Shown here: positions 6,789 through 14,341 of the stretch, one piece after another | Numbering within the stretch: the first letter of the stretch is position 1 | How the letters are laid out: each line of letters opens with the position of its first letter | Assembly (NCBI RefSeq): GCF_016806735.1 | Contig: NZ_CP060530.1 | Coordinates: 957,839-989,838 of the forward strand | Source of the DNA: Candidatus Micrarchaeum sp. | GTDB lineage: Archaea; Micrarchaeota; Micrarchaeia; Micrarchaeales; Micrarchaeaceae | DNA length: 32,000 bases | Direction: 5' to 3' | Notes under the pieces: model-generated | Told to the model about the DNA's origin: nothing | Database searches by the model: none | Seen by the model: only the letters and a program-made list of their open reading frames with translations | Program-made: the position numbers and the translations under genes

Positions 6789-8371
6789 TTGCCGGAAAGC
6801 CTGGCGAATACCTGCACGTAATCCAATAGCTTGCTTATTATCCTTCCGATCAAGGGTATGTTCAATGATACCTTCCTTATGAGGTTTATGTCCGATGTGG
6901 TTACTCCGCCCACAATCCCAAGGAGCGGCGGATACAGCACTATGAAGCCTATCGCAGCCAGCAGGAGTATTATCGCGTACGAAACGTTTAGGAAGTAAAG
7001 CGCTCCGTAAATACAGAATCCTACGATTAGGTTTGCCACCACAACGCGAAATATCCTCTTCCAGTTTATCTTTGCCTTGAACACCTGTATTGACTTGCGT
7101 ATGAAGAGCACGTCTATTAGCAGCGGGTTTACTATGAAAAGCAGCACCACTAGGCCTATTCCCTTGAATATCGGCACCAGCAGAAGCATGAGTATGAATT
7201 CCACTATGGCTATGATGCCGTTGTAATACAGGACTTTTTTTACCTTGCCAGCGCTCACAAGAAGGGTGCTCGCGTAGCTTCCCGCTATCCCTATTAGCAG
7301 GCCTATGCTCGTAACCGATATGTAGAGAGGCGAAAGCGAATAGACAGAGCTGAATGCAGTATACGAGAACTGCTTGGCGAAGATAGCCACAAAGAATATC
7401 ATCGGGGCCACAAGCAGGAAAGCCATATACACGGAATACGAATAGAATTCACCTGTCCTGGATTTTGTCTTCTTGCTGCGCATGCTTGCCGTGAATGTCG
7501 GAAGCAACGATATGCCAATAGATCCAAGGACAATGTCGAAAAGATAGTTAGCCCTTGATGCAATGCCGAAGTTTCCAAGCACAAACGTGGTGGCAAAAAT
7601 TCCGAGAAGCAGAAGCGCAACGTTGTTGACCGCTGCCCCCAGTATGTTCGATCCTGCTATGGGCAGTGAGAACGCGAACAGCTTCTTTAACCCTGAGAGC
7701 TTCGGCACTGTGAACTTTAACCCATTCCTAAATATCAGAAATATACCGACTAGGAACCCTGCAAGGTATCCGGTTATTATCCCCATTACCGGAGCGACAG
7801 GGCCGAAACCAAGTATTGCGAGCGAGACTCCGACTACGGATTGGAGTATGGATTCCGCAGTTATGCTGGCTGCTGCATGCATGCCCTTTCCAAGGCCCAC
7901 GAGAGACGAATACGCAGCCCCGAAGAGCATGGAAAATACTATGGATATTGATATAAGCCTGAATATGTTCGTGTATGTGCTCGTGCTGCTGTTGTGATAG
8001 AAACCAGCTACTACGCCACTGAGCCCGAATGCTACGGCAGTGGTTATTATGCCGATTATGGCAATAAGCAGGAATCCCTCAGATAAGACCTTTGCCTGCT
8101 GCCTGCTGTTGCCCCTGTACTTAGCTATAAACCTGTTTAGGGCGGTTGCTACGCCGAAGTTTCCAATTGAGCTGAAGACCCCGGCCACTCCAGTAGCCAG
8201 TACATATATCCCGTAACCTGAAGGCCCGAGAATCCTTGTTATGAGTATGAAGGCTATGCCGACGAAGAGGAATGCGACTATCTTGCTTAGAAGTACGAAG
8301 CTCGTAACGTTGGCAGTCCTAATCCCCAAATCCAAAGCGCTTTCTTCATTGTCAGGCTTGCTAAGTTCCAT
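6785..8371 (-). CDS. MOP-superfamily polysaccharide/oligosaccharide flippase (Wzx-like)
   Basis: 528-aa polytopic membrane protein with about 14 hydrophobic segments, typical of archaeal polysaccharide biosynthesis proteins. Its stop overlaps the pyrG stop (TTAG). Confidence 0.75.
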   Translation of the reverse strand: MELSKPDNEESALDLGIRTANVTSFVLLSKIVAFLFVGIAFILITRILGPSGYGIYVLATGVAGVFSSIGNFGVATALNRFIAKYRGNSRQQAKVLSEGFLLIAIIGIITTAVAFGLSGVVAGFYHNSSTSTYTNIFRLISISIVFSMLFGAAYSSLVGLGKGMHAAASITAESILQSVVGVSLAILGFGPVAPVMGIITGYLAGFLVGIFLIFRNGLKFTVPKLSGLKKLFAFSLPIAGSNILGAAVNNVALLLLGIFATTFVLGNFGIASRANYLFDIVLGSIGISLLPTFTASMRSKKTKSRTGEFYSYSVYMAFLLVAPMIFFVAIFAKQFSYTAFSSVYSLSPLYISVTSIGLLIGIAGSYASTLLVSAGKVKKVLYYNGIIAIVEFILMLLLVPIFKGIGLVVLLFIVNPLLIDVLFIRKSIQVFKAKINWKRIFRVVVANLIVGFCIYGALYFLNVSYAIILLLAAIGFIVLYPPLLGIVGGVTTSDINLIRKVSLNIPLIGRIISKLLDYVQVFARLSGN

Positions 8372-8375
8372 TGAC

Positions 8376-9074
8376 TTACCTTAGGGTTGCCCTTATTATA
8401 TCCTTTAGCTGCTTGGCCCCTGCCTTGGACTTGCCGTATACCCTCTCGTGAAAGCCGGTGTATGGGACCTCGACAACCTTCTCGTTTGAGTTTATGAACT
8501 TTAGCGTTTCCAGAAGCACCTTGTAACCGGTCCCAATGTATGAATCCTTGTGCTTTGATATTATGGATTTGAAGAGGTCGCTCTTGATTGCGAAAAACCC
8601 TGACATTATGTCGCTCGAGGTTTTCTTGCCCCTTATCGCGAAAACGGTGTTGCAAAATGTGGATACCGACTTCGAGACTATTTTCCTGTATATGCCCCAG
8701 TCCTTAACCTCCTGCCTTACGCCTATGGCGAGGTTGCAGCTTTCGAGAGCTTCTGCAAGTTTTGCCACTTTTTCGGGAGGATGCTGCAAGTCGGCATCCA
8801 TTACTATTACGTCCCTGGTTTTTACCATTTCCACCGCGTCAAGCACGCTTGCGGTTAGGCCGTGCACCTTCTCCTTGGACCTATCAAGGAAGAAAACGTC
8901 ATTGGCACCTGAAAATGACAGGGCTTCGGCCTTGGTGGCATCCTTCGAGCCGTCGTCCGCCACTATTATGTGTACCCCCTTATACATTTGTAAAAGCTTC
9001 CCTATTAGTATCTTTATATTTTTAGCCTCATTAAGGGTAGGTATTATTATTGTTAGCTTGGAATAATCATACAT
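8376..9074 (-). CDS. family 2 glycosyltransferase, dolichyl-phosphate sugar synthase-like
   Basis: Contains LTIIIPTLNEAKNI, VADDGSKD and VMDADLQHPP (the DxD region of Dpm1/GtrB-type GT2). The start is set at the MYDYSK ATG (9074) rather than the track start at 9119. Confidence 0.85.
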   Translation of the reverse strand: MYDYSKLTIIIPTLNEAKNIKILIGKLLQMYKGVHIIVADDGSKDATKAEALSFSGANDVFFLDRSKEKVHGLTASVLDAVEMVKTRDVIVMDADLQHPPEKVAKLAEALESCNLAIGVRQEVKDWGIYRKIVSKSVSTFCNTVFAIRGKKTSSDIMSGFFAIKSDLFKSIISKHKDSYIGTGYKVLLETLKFINSNEKVVEVPYTGFHERVYGKSKAGAKQLKDIIRATLR

Positions 9075-9140
9075 CTTCAAAACCAATGTTCTTATCGAAA
9101 ACAAATACTGTGTAGGCAAGCTAATATTGAAGATTTAAGC

Positions 9141-9150
9141 TTTTAAAATA
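9141..9150 (+). promoter_or_regulatory. TATA-like box for the 9169 gene
   Basis: TTTTAAAATA centred about 24 nt upstream of the ATG, implying a leaderless or near-leaderless transcript. Confidence 0.4.
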
Positions 9151-9168
9151 TGCGCAAACTGTGTATCA

Positions 9169-11571
9169 ATGGCCGAAAGCACAAAGGCGGAAGAAGAAAG
9201 CACCGCCAAGCAGGAAGACCAGAAGGTTGGCAATACAGAGATAGCACATGCAGGGCATGATGCAAAGGGATATGCCAAGACCAAAGGCAACGAAATAGCC
9301 AGAAACATCGCAAAGAAGGCATTCAACAAGAAGACGCTTACTGCGTTAGTTCTTTATATTCTAATAACGCTGCTTGTTTTCAATCCCGTCTTTTCGCACA
9401 TAGGCACAGTGGTACCTGGCACAGGAGGGGATTCTTTCCTTAACGTGTGGGAGATTTGGTGGACAGGATATGCGCTCTCATCGCATGCCGGCCTTTATTA
9501 CACTTATAGCATATTCTGGCCAGTTGGTGCAAATCTGGTTTACCAGACGATAGCTCCGCTTACTGGAATAATATCCCTTCCGTTCCAGGCGTTTGGGCTT
9601 ATAATAGCCTATAACGTGACATTGCTTGTAGGCATGCTAATAAGCGCCTTCGGCATGTTCGTGCTTGCCGAGTACATAACAAAGAACGGATATGCTGCAT
9701 TCCTGGCAGGGCTTTTCTATGCATTCAGCGCGGCGCACGTTGCCCAGGCATATGGGCACATGAACTGGGTAGACATAGGCTTCATTCCCGTGCTGCTCTA
9801 TTTCCTGCTGCGCGCAATATATGGAAGCAATAGCAAGTATGGGATAGTGACAAATGCACTTGGGATCGGCGTATCTTTCGTTTTCATAACATTCCTGGGC
9901 GGCTACGAGAAAGCTATAATGTCCATTATGCTTGCAGTTTTGGTAATAGTGCTTTATCTCATATACGAGCTTTATTACAAGCAGAGCAAGAAGCTCATAT
10001 TCAGCAAGGCGCTTTGGATAACCATAATCCTTGGAGTGGTTATTGCGTTCGTGCTGGGCTCATGGGGATTCCTCCCGTTAATACATACGCTTACCCAGAA
10101 GGGAGGCATAAGCGCGGCGCAGTACCTCAACAACGTCACGGACAACGAACAGTGGAGCAACAACGTGCTCTCTTTCTTCGTCCCGAGCTATTACAACGGG
10201 GTATTCAACCCTGGCGCAAGCTCTTCGTATTTCAGTTCTACATTCGGGTATGACCCAACCGAAAGAATAGGTTATATTGGTTACATACCGTTGCTGCTTG
10301 CGCTTGCAGGGGCATATTTTGACATAAAGGCACATAGGAAGAGGTATCTGCTGTGGGCCGCAATAGCAATTTTCTTCGCGTGGCTTTCCCTGGGCCCTTA
10401 CGTCCAGATAGGCAGCAGGATAACAAGCATACCGACGATATACCTTATTTACCATGCGATACACGGATTGAACGTGATAAGAGAGCCAGGAAGGTTCTTT
10501 ATCGTAGGAACCATAGGATTGGACGTGCTTGCAGCTATAGGCTTTTCTGAAATCCTTTCGAAAGACAAGATAAAAATATTGAAAAACAAGAAGCAGAACG
10601 CATATGCATTGGTTGGCATTGCAGCAATAATTTTCATAATTGGCAGCAGCGGAATCCCGCATACGTCGGCCAGTGCATCGGTACTGTCAACACCTGTTCC
10701 GAATAGTACATTTTACAAGAGCCTTGGCAGCGTCAATTCGAGCTTCAGCGTTCTTTCGCTGCCGATATTGGAATATTCGAACACCACGCAGCCTTTGCTT
10801 GACGAGGGGCTTGCAAACTATTACGCCGCGCTGTCCAAAAAGCCATTCGTAGGCGGCTACTTCGGAAGGGAAAACGCTACGCAGTTCCTATCAGTATACA
10901 ACATACCCATAACCGTGCAGGTAGAAAACCTTCTGGATGGAAACGGTTTCAATTATACTTCTCCAGTCAATGAAAATTATACCAACGAGACATTGTATTC
11001 CATGTACAGTTACCAGATTTCTGCGGTTACTTTGGACAAGAGCGCATTCGGAGCAGGCAACCTGCTCGGCATGGAGGATTATCTCGCATCACTCTTCGGA
11101 AAACCAGTATATAATGGGAATAATACCATAGCATTTGCGACAAGGGCAACCGAGGACGCCATAGTCAACAGGAGCTACATATCCTATCCATATCTCCCAG
11201 ACTGGAGCGAATACAGGATAGCATACAACGGAAGCGATTACAACATGTTTCTGCCTACGTATCCGGGCCCGATAACGGTTTACGCCCCGATATACAACAT
11301 AACAAATTCAACCAAGCACAACAGCATAGACAACACATCGGTAAGCTTTTATGCAATAGGCGAAGTAAACGGCTCGTCTTTGAAGGTTGCAGAGGCCACA
11401 AGCACAGGATACAGGCTTGTAGCAAACTTTACGATAAACAAGAGCCTTAAGTACTACAGCTTTTACATGAACATGAGCGCAGGAAATCCCAACCCCATAT
11501 TATTCATACCGTCTGAAGCCGCAAATACGTCAACAGTTCTGGTGAGCGGAATAACATTCTCGAAAGCATGA
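9169..11571 (+). CDS. large polytopic membrane protein, putative GT-C-fold glycosyltransferase with sequon-rich extracellular C-terminal domain
   Basis: 800 aa. A charged N-terminus is followed by about 13 TM segments. Acidic residues lie in the first external loop (GTGGDSFLNVWEIWW). The C-terminal 330 aa carry about 18 N-x-S/T sequons. The fold is inferred and there is no WWDYG motif. Confidence 0.55.
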   Translation: MAESTKAEEESTAKQEDQKVGNTEIAHAGHDAKGYAKTKGNEIARNIAKKAFNKKTLTALVLYILITLLVFNPVFSHIGTVVPGTGGDSFLNVWEIWWTGYALSSHAGLYYTYSIFWPVGANLVYQTIAPLTGIISLPFQAFGLIIAYNVTLLVGMLISAFGMFVLAEYITKNGYAAFLAGLFYAFSAAHVAQAYGHMNWVDIGFIPVLLYFLLRAIYGSNSKYGIVTNALGIGVSFVFITFLGGYEKAIMSIMLAVLVIVLYLIYELYYKQSKKLIFSKALWITIILGVVIAFVLGSWGFLPLIHTLTQKGGISAAQYLNNVTDNEQWSNNVLSFFVPSYYNGVFNPGASSSYFSSTFGYDPTERIGYIGYIPLLLALAGAYFDIKAHRKRYLLWAAIAIFFAWLSLGPYVQIGSRITSIPTIYLIYHAIHGLNVIREPGRFFIVGTIGLDVLAAIGFSEILSKDKIKILKNKKQNAYALVGIAAIIFIIGSSGIPHTSASASVLSTPVPNSTFYKSLGSVNSSFSVLSLPILEYSNTTQPLLDEGLANYYAALSKKPFVGGYFGRENATQFLSVYNIPITVQVENLLDGNGFNYTSPVNENYTNETLYSMYSYQISAVTLDKSAFGAGNLLGMEDYLASLFGKPVYNGNNTIAFATRATEDAIVNRSYISYPYLPDWSEYRIAYNGSDYNMFLPTYPGPITVYAPIYNITNSTKHNSIDNTSVSFYAIGEVNGSSLKVAEATSTGYRLVANFTINKSLKYYSFYMNMSAGNPNPILFIPSEAANTSTVLVSGITFSKA

Positions 11572-11575
11572 GAGC

Positions 11576-12223
11576 ATGAATCGCGTAAGAGTTATAGTTG
11601 ACCAGCGCGAAAGAAACGTCGAGCTTCTTGATTCGCTTTGTGATTTTGGAATAGAAGCGAGCATTGATACCCTGGACATAGGGGATTATCTGATATCTGA
11701 CCGGCTTTGCATAGAACGCAAGACCGTTCCCGATTTCGAAAAGTCGATAATCGACGGCAGGCTGTTCGACCAGATAGAGAGGATGAAAAAAGCCTATGAG
11801 CTACCGATAATAGTGCTTGAGGGAGACTCGTCGGAATTCAAGCTCAAGCACAACGTGATAAACGGAGCGATAATATCTGTATACATAAGGTACGGAATAC
11901 CCGTTATAACGTCCAACAGCCCGCAGGATACCGCTTCGATAATATTGACCATGGCCAAACAGGAGCAGAACGGCCTGCGCGAGCCGACGCGGAAAAATGG
12001 CAGGAGGGCATTCTCAGATGCCGAGTATATGGAAAACGTAATTGCGAATGTTCCAGGGATAGGGCTTAAGCTCGCAAGGCTTCTGCTAAAACATTTTGGA
12101 AGCATAGAGGCGATATCCTGCGCCGATGTCAAGGAGCTAAGAAAAGTCGACAAAATAGGCGAAAAAAAGGCCGAGAGCATACTCAGGATACTCAACGGAA
12201 AATATGGGGAATCAGAGCCTTGA
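11576..12223 (+). CDS. xpf: XPF/ERCC4-family structure-specific nuclease, short form (nuclease plus HhH2, no helicase domain)
   Basis: Has the GDYLISDRLCIERKTVPDF signature (GDx(n)ERKx3D) and C-terminal tandem helix-hairpin-helix motifs (VPGIGLKLARLLL...KVDKIGEKKAESI). Confidence 0.85.
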   Translation: MNRVRVIVDQRERNVELLDSLCDFGIEASIDTLDIGDYLISDRLCIERKTVPDFEKSIIDGRLFDQIERMKKAYELPIIVLEGDSSEFKLKHNVINGAIISVYIRYGIPVITSNSPQDTASIILTMAKQEQNGLREPTRKNGRRAFSDAEYMENVIANVPGIGLKLARLLLKHFGSIEAISCADVKELRKVDKIGEKKAESILRILNGKYGESEP

Positions 12224-12637
12224 CAGTACCATCTTCTCCAATTCTTTTTCAAGCTTATGCCTGCTCATTGGCTTTGGATTGAACGTTGATGCCTTCAGCG
12301 TCGAGGATATCTTTCCATAGAGTTTTTTTGAGTTTGATATTACAAGGAAATCTTCGCCGGCTTTCGGGCTGAGCGCTTTTATCGCTGCGCCTATCTGATC
12401 GGTACCCGCAATAAACAGCAACAGTTCCACCCCGATGCTTTTCGCTATATTTCTTTTCTCCTCGAAGCAGGATGCGGCGTTCATATAGGCAGCTTTTATT
12501 ATTTCCAAGCTCGTTTTTTCGTTTATGACTGTGAATTCCACGAAGCTGTGCCCTTCGGATACCGGCTTTAGATGCGGATCGTAGGCCTTTGCCTTTTTTA
12601 TTATGAGAGAATTGCTTTCTTTTATGATTCTTTCCAT
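12212..12637 (-). CDS. cgi121: KEOPS complex subunit Cgi121
   Basis: 141 aa. IAKSIGVELLLFIAGTDQIGAAIKAL...FLVISN and the C-terminal LEKMVLSRL match the recalled archaeal Cgi121 pattern (IAKS...EILVRASGQRQIHEAIKIIG). Confidence 0.65.
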   Translation of the reverse strand: MERIIKESNSLIIKKAKAYDPHLKPVSEGHSFVEFTVINEKTSLEIIKAAYMNAASCFEEKRNIAKSIGVELLLFIAGTDQIGAAIKALSPKAGEDFLVISNSKKLYGKISSTLKASTFNPKPMSRHKLEKELEKMVLSRL

Positions 12638-12745
12638 GTGATCTATTTTCTTAATGTTGAGAAATTATTAAAGCTTGATTAAAATCATCTTGTTTGCCTT
12701 TTTATAAAAAGCATCGCAATGCTTGCACTAACCGAAAACCAAAGG

Positions 12746-12792
12746 CAAACAAAATCAGAATGTCATCGGAGAAAAGCTTGCTAAGTTGAGCT
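12746..12792. repeat. direct repeat copy A (distal duplicate of the 23S 3' terminal-helix strand plus trailer)
   Basis: 47/47 nt identical to 14295-14341 (caaacaaaatcagaatgtcatcggagaaaagcttgctaagttgagct). The next 26 nt are 14/26 identical, and the differences are mostly transitions. Confidence 0.95.
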
Positions 12793-12855
12793 CTGGCAAC
12801 AGGATAATATAAGGCAGGGAACAAAGCATGGATATGCATCCTTCGGCCTTTCGTA

Positions 12856-14115
12856 TCATTTTGATAAAATCCAATTTATAGCATTTACGAACTCCAGTTT
12901 TATTCCGCTGTTTTCTTTAATATGGGAATCCCCCATTGTTATTATTAGGGCTTTTTTTAAGCCAAGAGCTTTTGCGGCTGCGATGGATCCTGCAACTTCC
13001 CTATCCATGGTTTTGTCCTCTTTTATATAGTATGAAGCCTGAAATATCCCCTCAACGCTGTTGCCATTCCTTATTATAAAATCCGCTTCATGCCCTTCTT
13101 TGTCCTTGAAATATGATATTTCACTGCCCTGCTTCAGGCGCCTCCTTAGCTCAAGGTACACAAGCGTTTCGAACGTTATCCCCAGATCCTCCCTGCCTGT
13201 AATCCCATGGTAAAAGCCAGTGTCTCCGGCATACACCTTCCGTGGATACTGTTTTATTGCCTTTATGCTTTTAGAAAATATTTGGGAAAAGAAGAACAAG
13301 TATGCAGTCTGCGAATAACGTTCCAGCCTGAGAAATTTTTCCTTTCCAGCTTTATAACCAAGACCGCTTATGAAGTTCATGCACTTCGAAGCAGAAAAAT
13401 AACTGGATTGCAAAAGATATCTTGCAAACGTATCGACTAGGCTTATCTCCTCCGAACTGGCTTCGGCTACGTCGAGACCTACTATATCAAAGAAATACGA
13501 GCTTATAATCCTAATCTTGTCTATGCTGCCATCGACAGAAGCCACTTCAGGAAAGCCACCGTAGAGCAGGTATTCCTTGAACGCTTTCTCAAGAACCCCT
13601 TTTCCTGCAGTTGTCTTTTCAATGTGCGTTCCTCTGAAAGCGAGATATTCCTTGAAAGATAGCGGATATAATTCAAAATCAAGTATCCGGCCCCTCAAGG
13701 GCTTGTTTGGCATGGAGAAGCTCGCTATTGACGACGACACTATTAGCTTGAGCTTGCCCTTCAGCTGTTCGTGCACCCTCGAGAGCCAACCCTCCCAGCC
13801 CCTGATAGACGTTATTTCGTCGAGGAGCATGTAACCGTCTTCTCCAAACCATTTTAGCAGGGCGTCCAGAGGGTTTTCGAAGCTCTTTAGTCTGTCGTCT
13901 TCCATATTTATGTAGCATACCTTCTCGTTGCGCTTTGCAAGCTCCTGATAGAGCAGCATCATTACGCTCGATTTTCCGGAACGCCTTATGCCTGTCAGAC
14001 CGACTATTTTTATGTCTGAGTATTTTATCATTTTTCCAAAATCCATATCCCTTGGCTTTAGCCTTTTTGATTTTGAGTAGGCATTCCATTCCTCGAATAT
14101 ATCTTCAATTTCCAT
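12856..14115 (-). CDS. AAA+ ATPase, COG1373 / DUF4143 family
   Basis: 419 aa. Walker A is GIRRSGKSS and Walker B is MLLDEIT. The C-terminal EADFII...IFQASY region lies where the family's restriction-endonuclease-like domain sits. Confidence 0.85.
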   Translation of the reverse strand: MEIEDIFEEWNAYSKSKRLKPRDMDFGKMIKYSDIKIVGLTGIRRSGKSSVMMLLYQELAKRNEKVCYINMEDDRLKSFENPLDALLKWFGEDGYMLLDEITSIRGWEGWLSRVHEQLKGKLKLIVSSSIASFSMPNKPLRGRILDFELYPLSFKEYLAFRGTHIEKTTAGKGVLEKAFKEYLLYGGFPEVASVDGSIDKIRIISSYFFDIVGLDVAEASSEEISLVDTFARYLLQSSYFSASKCMNFISGLGYKAGKEKFLRLERYSQTAYLFFFSQIFSKSIKAIKQYPRKVYAGDTGFYHGITGREDLGITFETLVYLELRRRLKQGSEISYFKDKEGHEADFIIRNGNSVEGIFQASYYIKEDKTMDREVAGSIAAAKALGLKKALIITMGDSHIKENSGIKLEFVNAINWILSK

Positions 14116-14136
14116 ATATTGTTTTTTTACAGAACA

Positions 14137-14146
14137 ATATATATAA
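14137..14146 (-). promoter_or_regulatory. TATA box of the ATPase gene
   Basis: The minus strand reads AAAATTATATATATTG, centred about 27 nt upstream of the ATG at 14115. It is flanked by the ACAGAA/TTCTGT inverted repeat. Confidence 0.45.
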
Positions 14147-14294
14147 TTTTCTGTTCTACAGAAAAACGATTATGCAGCAGAGGGTTTGTGCTGAACCCGT
14201 TTCATGACACTTGGTAAACAAAGCCGGAAGGCGCAGGGGCGTTTTATGTCGAGAATCGATTTCAGGGTTTGAGCGGCACAGCTGGATTATGAGA

Positions 14295-14341
14295 CAAACA
14301 AAATCAGAATGTCATCGGAGAAAAGCTTGCTAAGTTGAGCT
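14295..14341. repeat. direct repeat copy B (authentic 23S 3' terminal-helix strand plus trailer)
   Basis: Identical to 12746-12792 and contiguous with the 23S body. Positions 14317-14333 pair with 17168-17184. Confidence 0.95.

Larger units (their letters stand above)
12793..14341 (-). mobile_element. candidate integrated cassette or remnant bounded by att-like repeats at the 23S rRNA 3' end
   Basis: A 1549-bp unit bounded by the 47-nt direct repeats. It holds a single ATPase gene with its own TATA box and no integrase or transposase. This is a structural inference. Confidence 0.35.

Noticed and set aside
9440-9470. The WEIWWTGY motif as a possible AglB/STT3 WWDYG signature.
   Set aside because: It lies in the first N-terminal loop rather than after the TM domain, and the sequence differs. 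The protein is called GT-C-like only, not AglB.
14116-14294. Possible 5S rRNA or another stable RNA downstream of the 23S. CUCAAACCCUGAAAUCGA faintly resembles the 5S loop C region, and a hairpin GGGUU-N7-AACCC is present.
   Set aside because: There is no helix I pairing of the ends and no CCGAAC or GUACUG-type 5S signatures. I could not build a cloverleaf or a 5S fold.
14309-14322. C/D-box-like GAUGAC-AUU-CUGA inside the 47-nt repeat.
   Set aside because: The boxes are only 3 nt apart and in the wrong order for a K-loop. No flanking stem or guide region is present, so this is probably coincidental.
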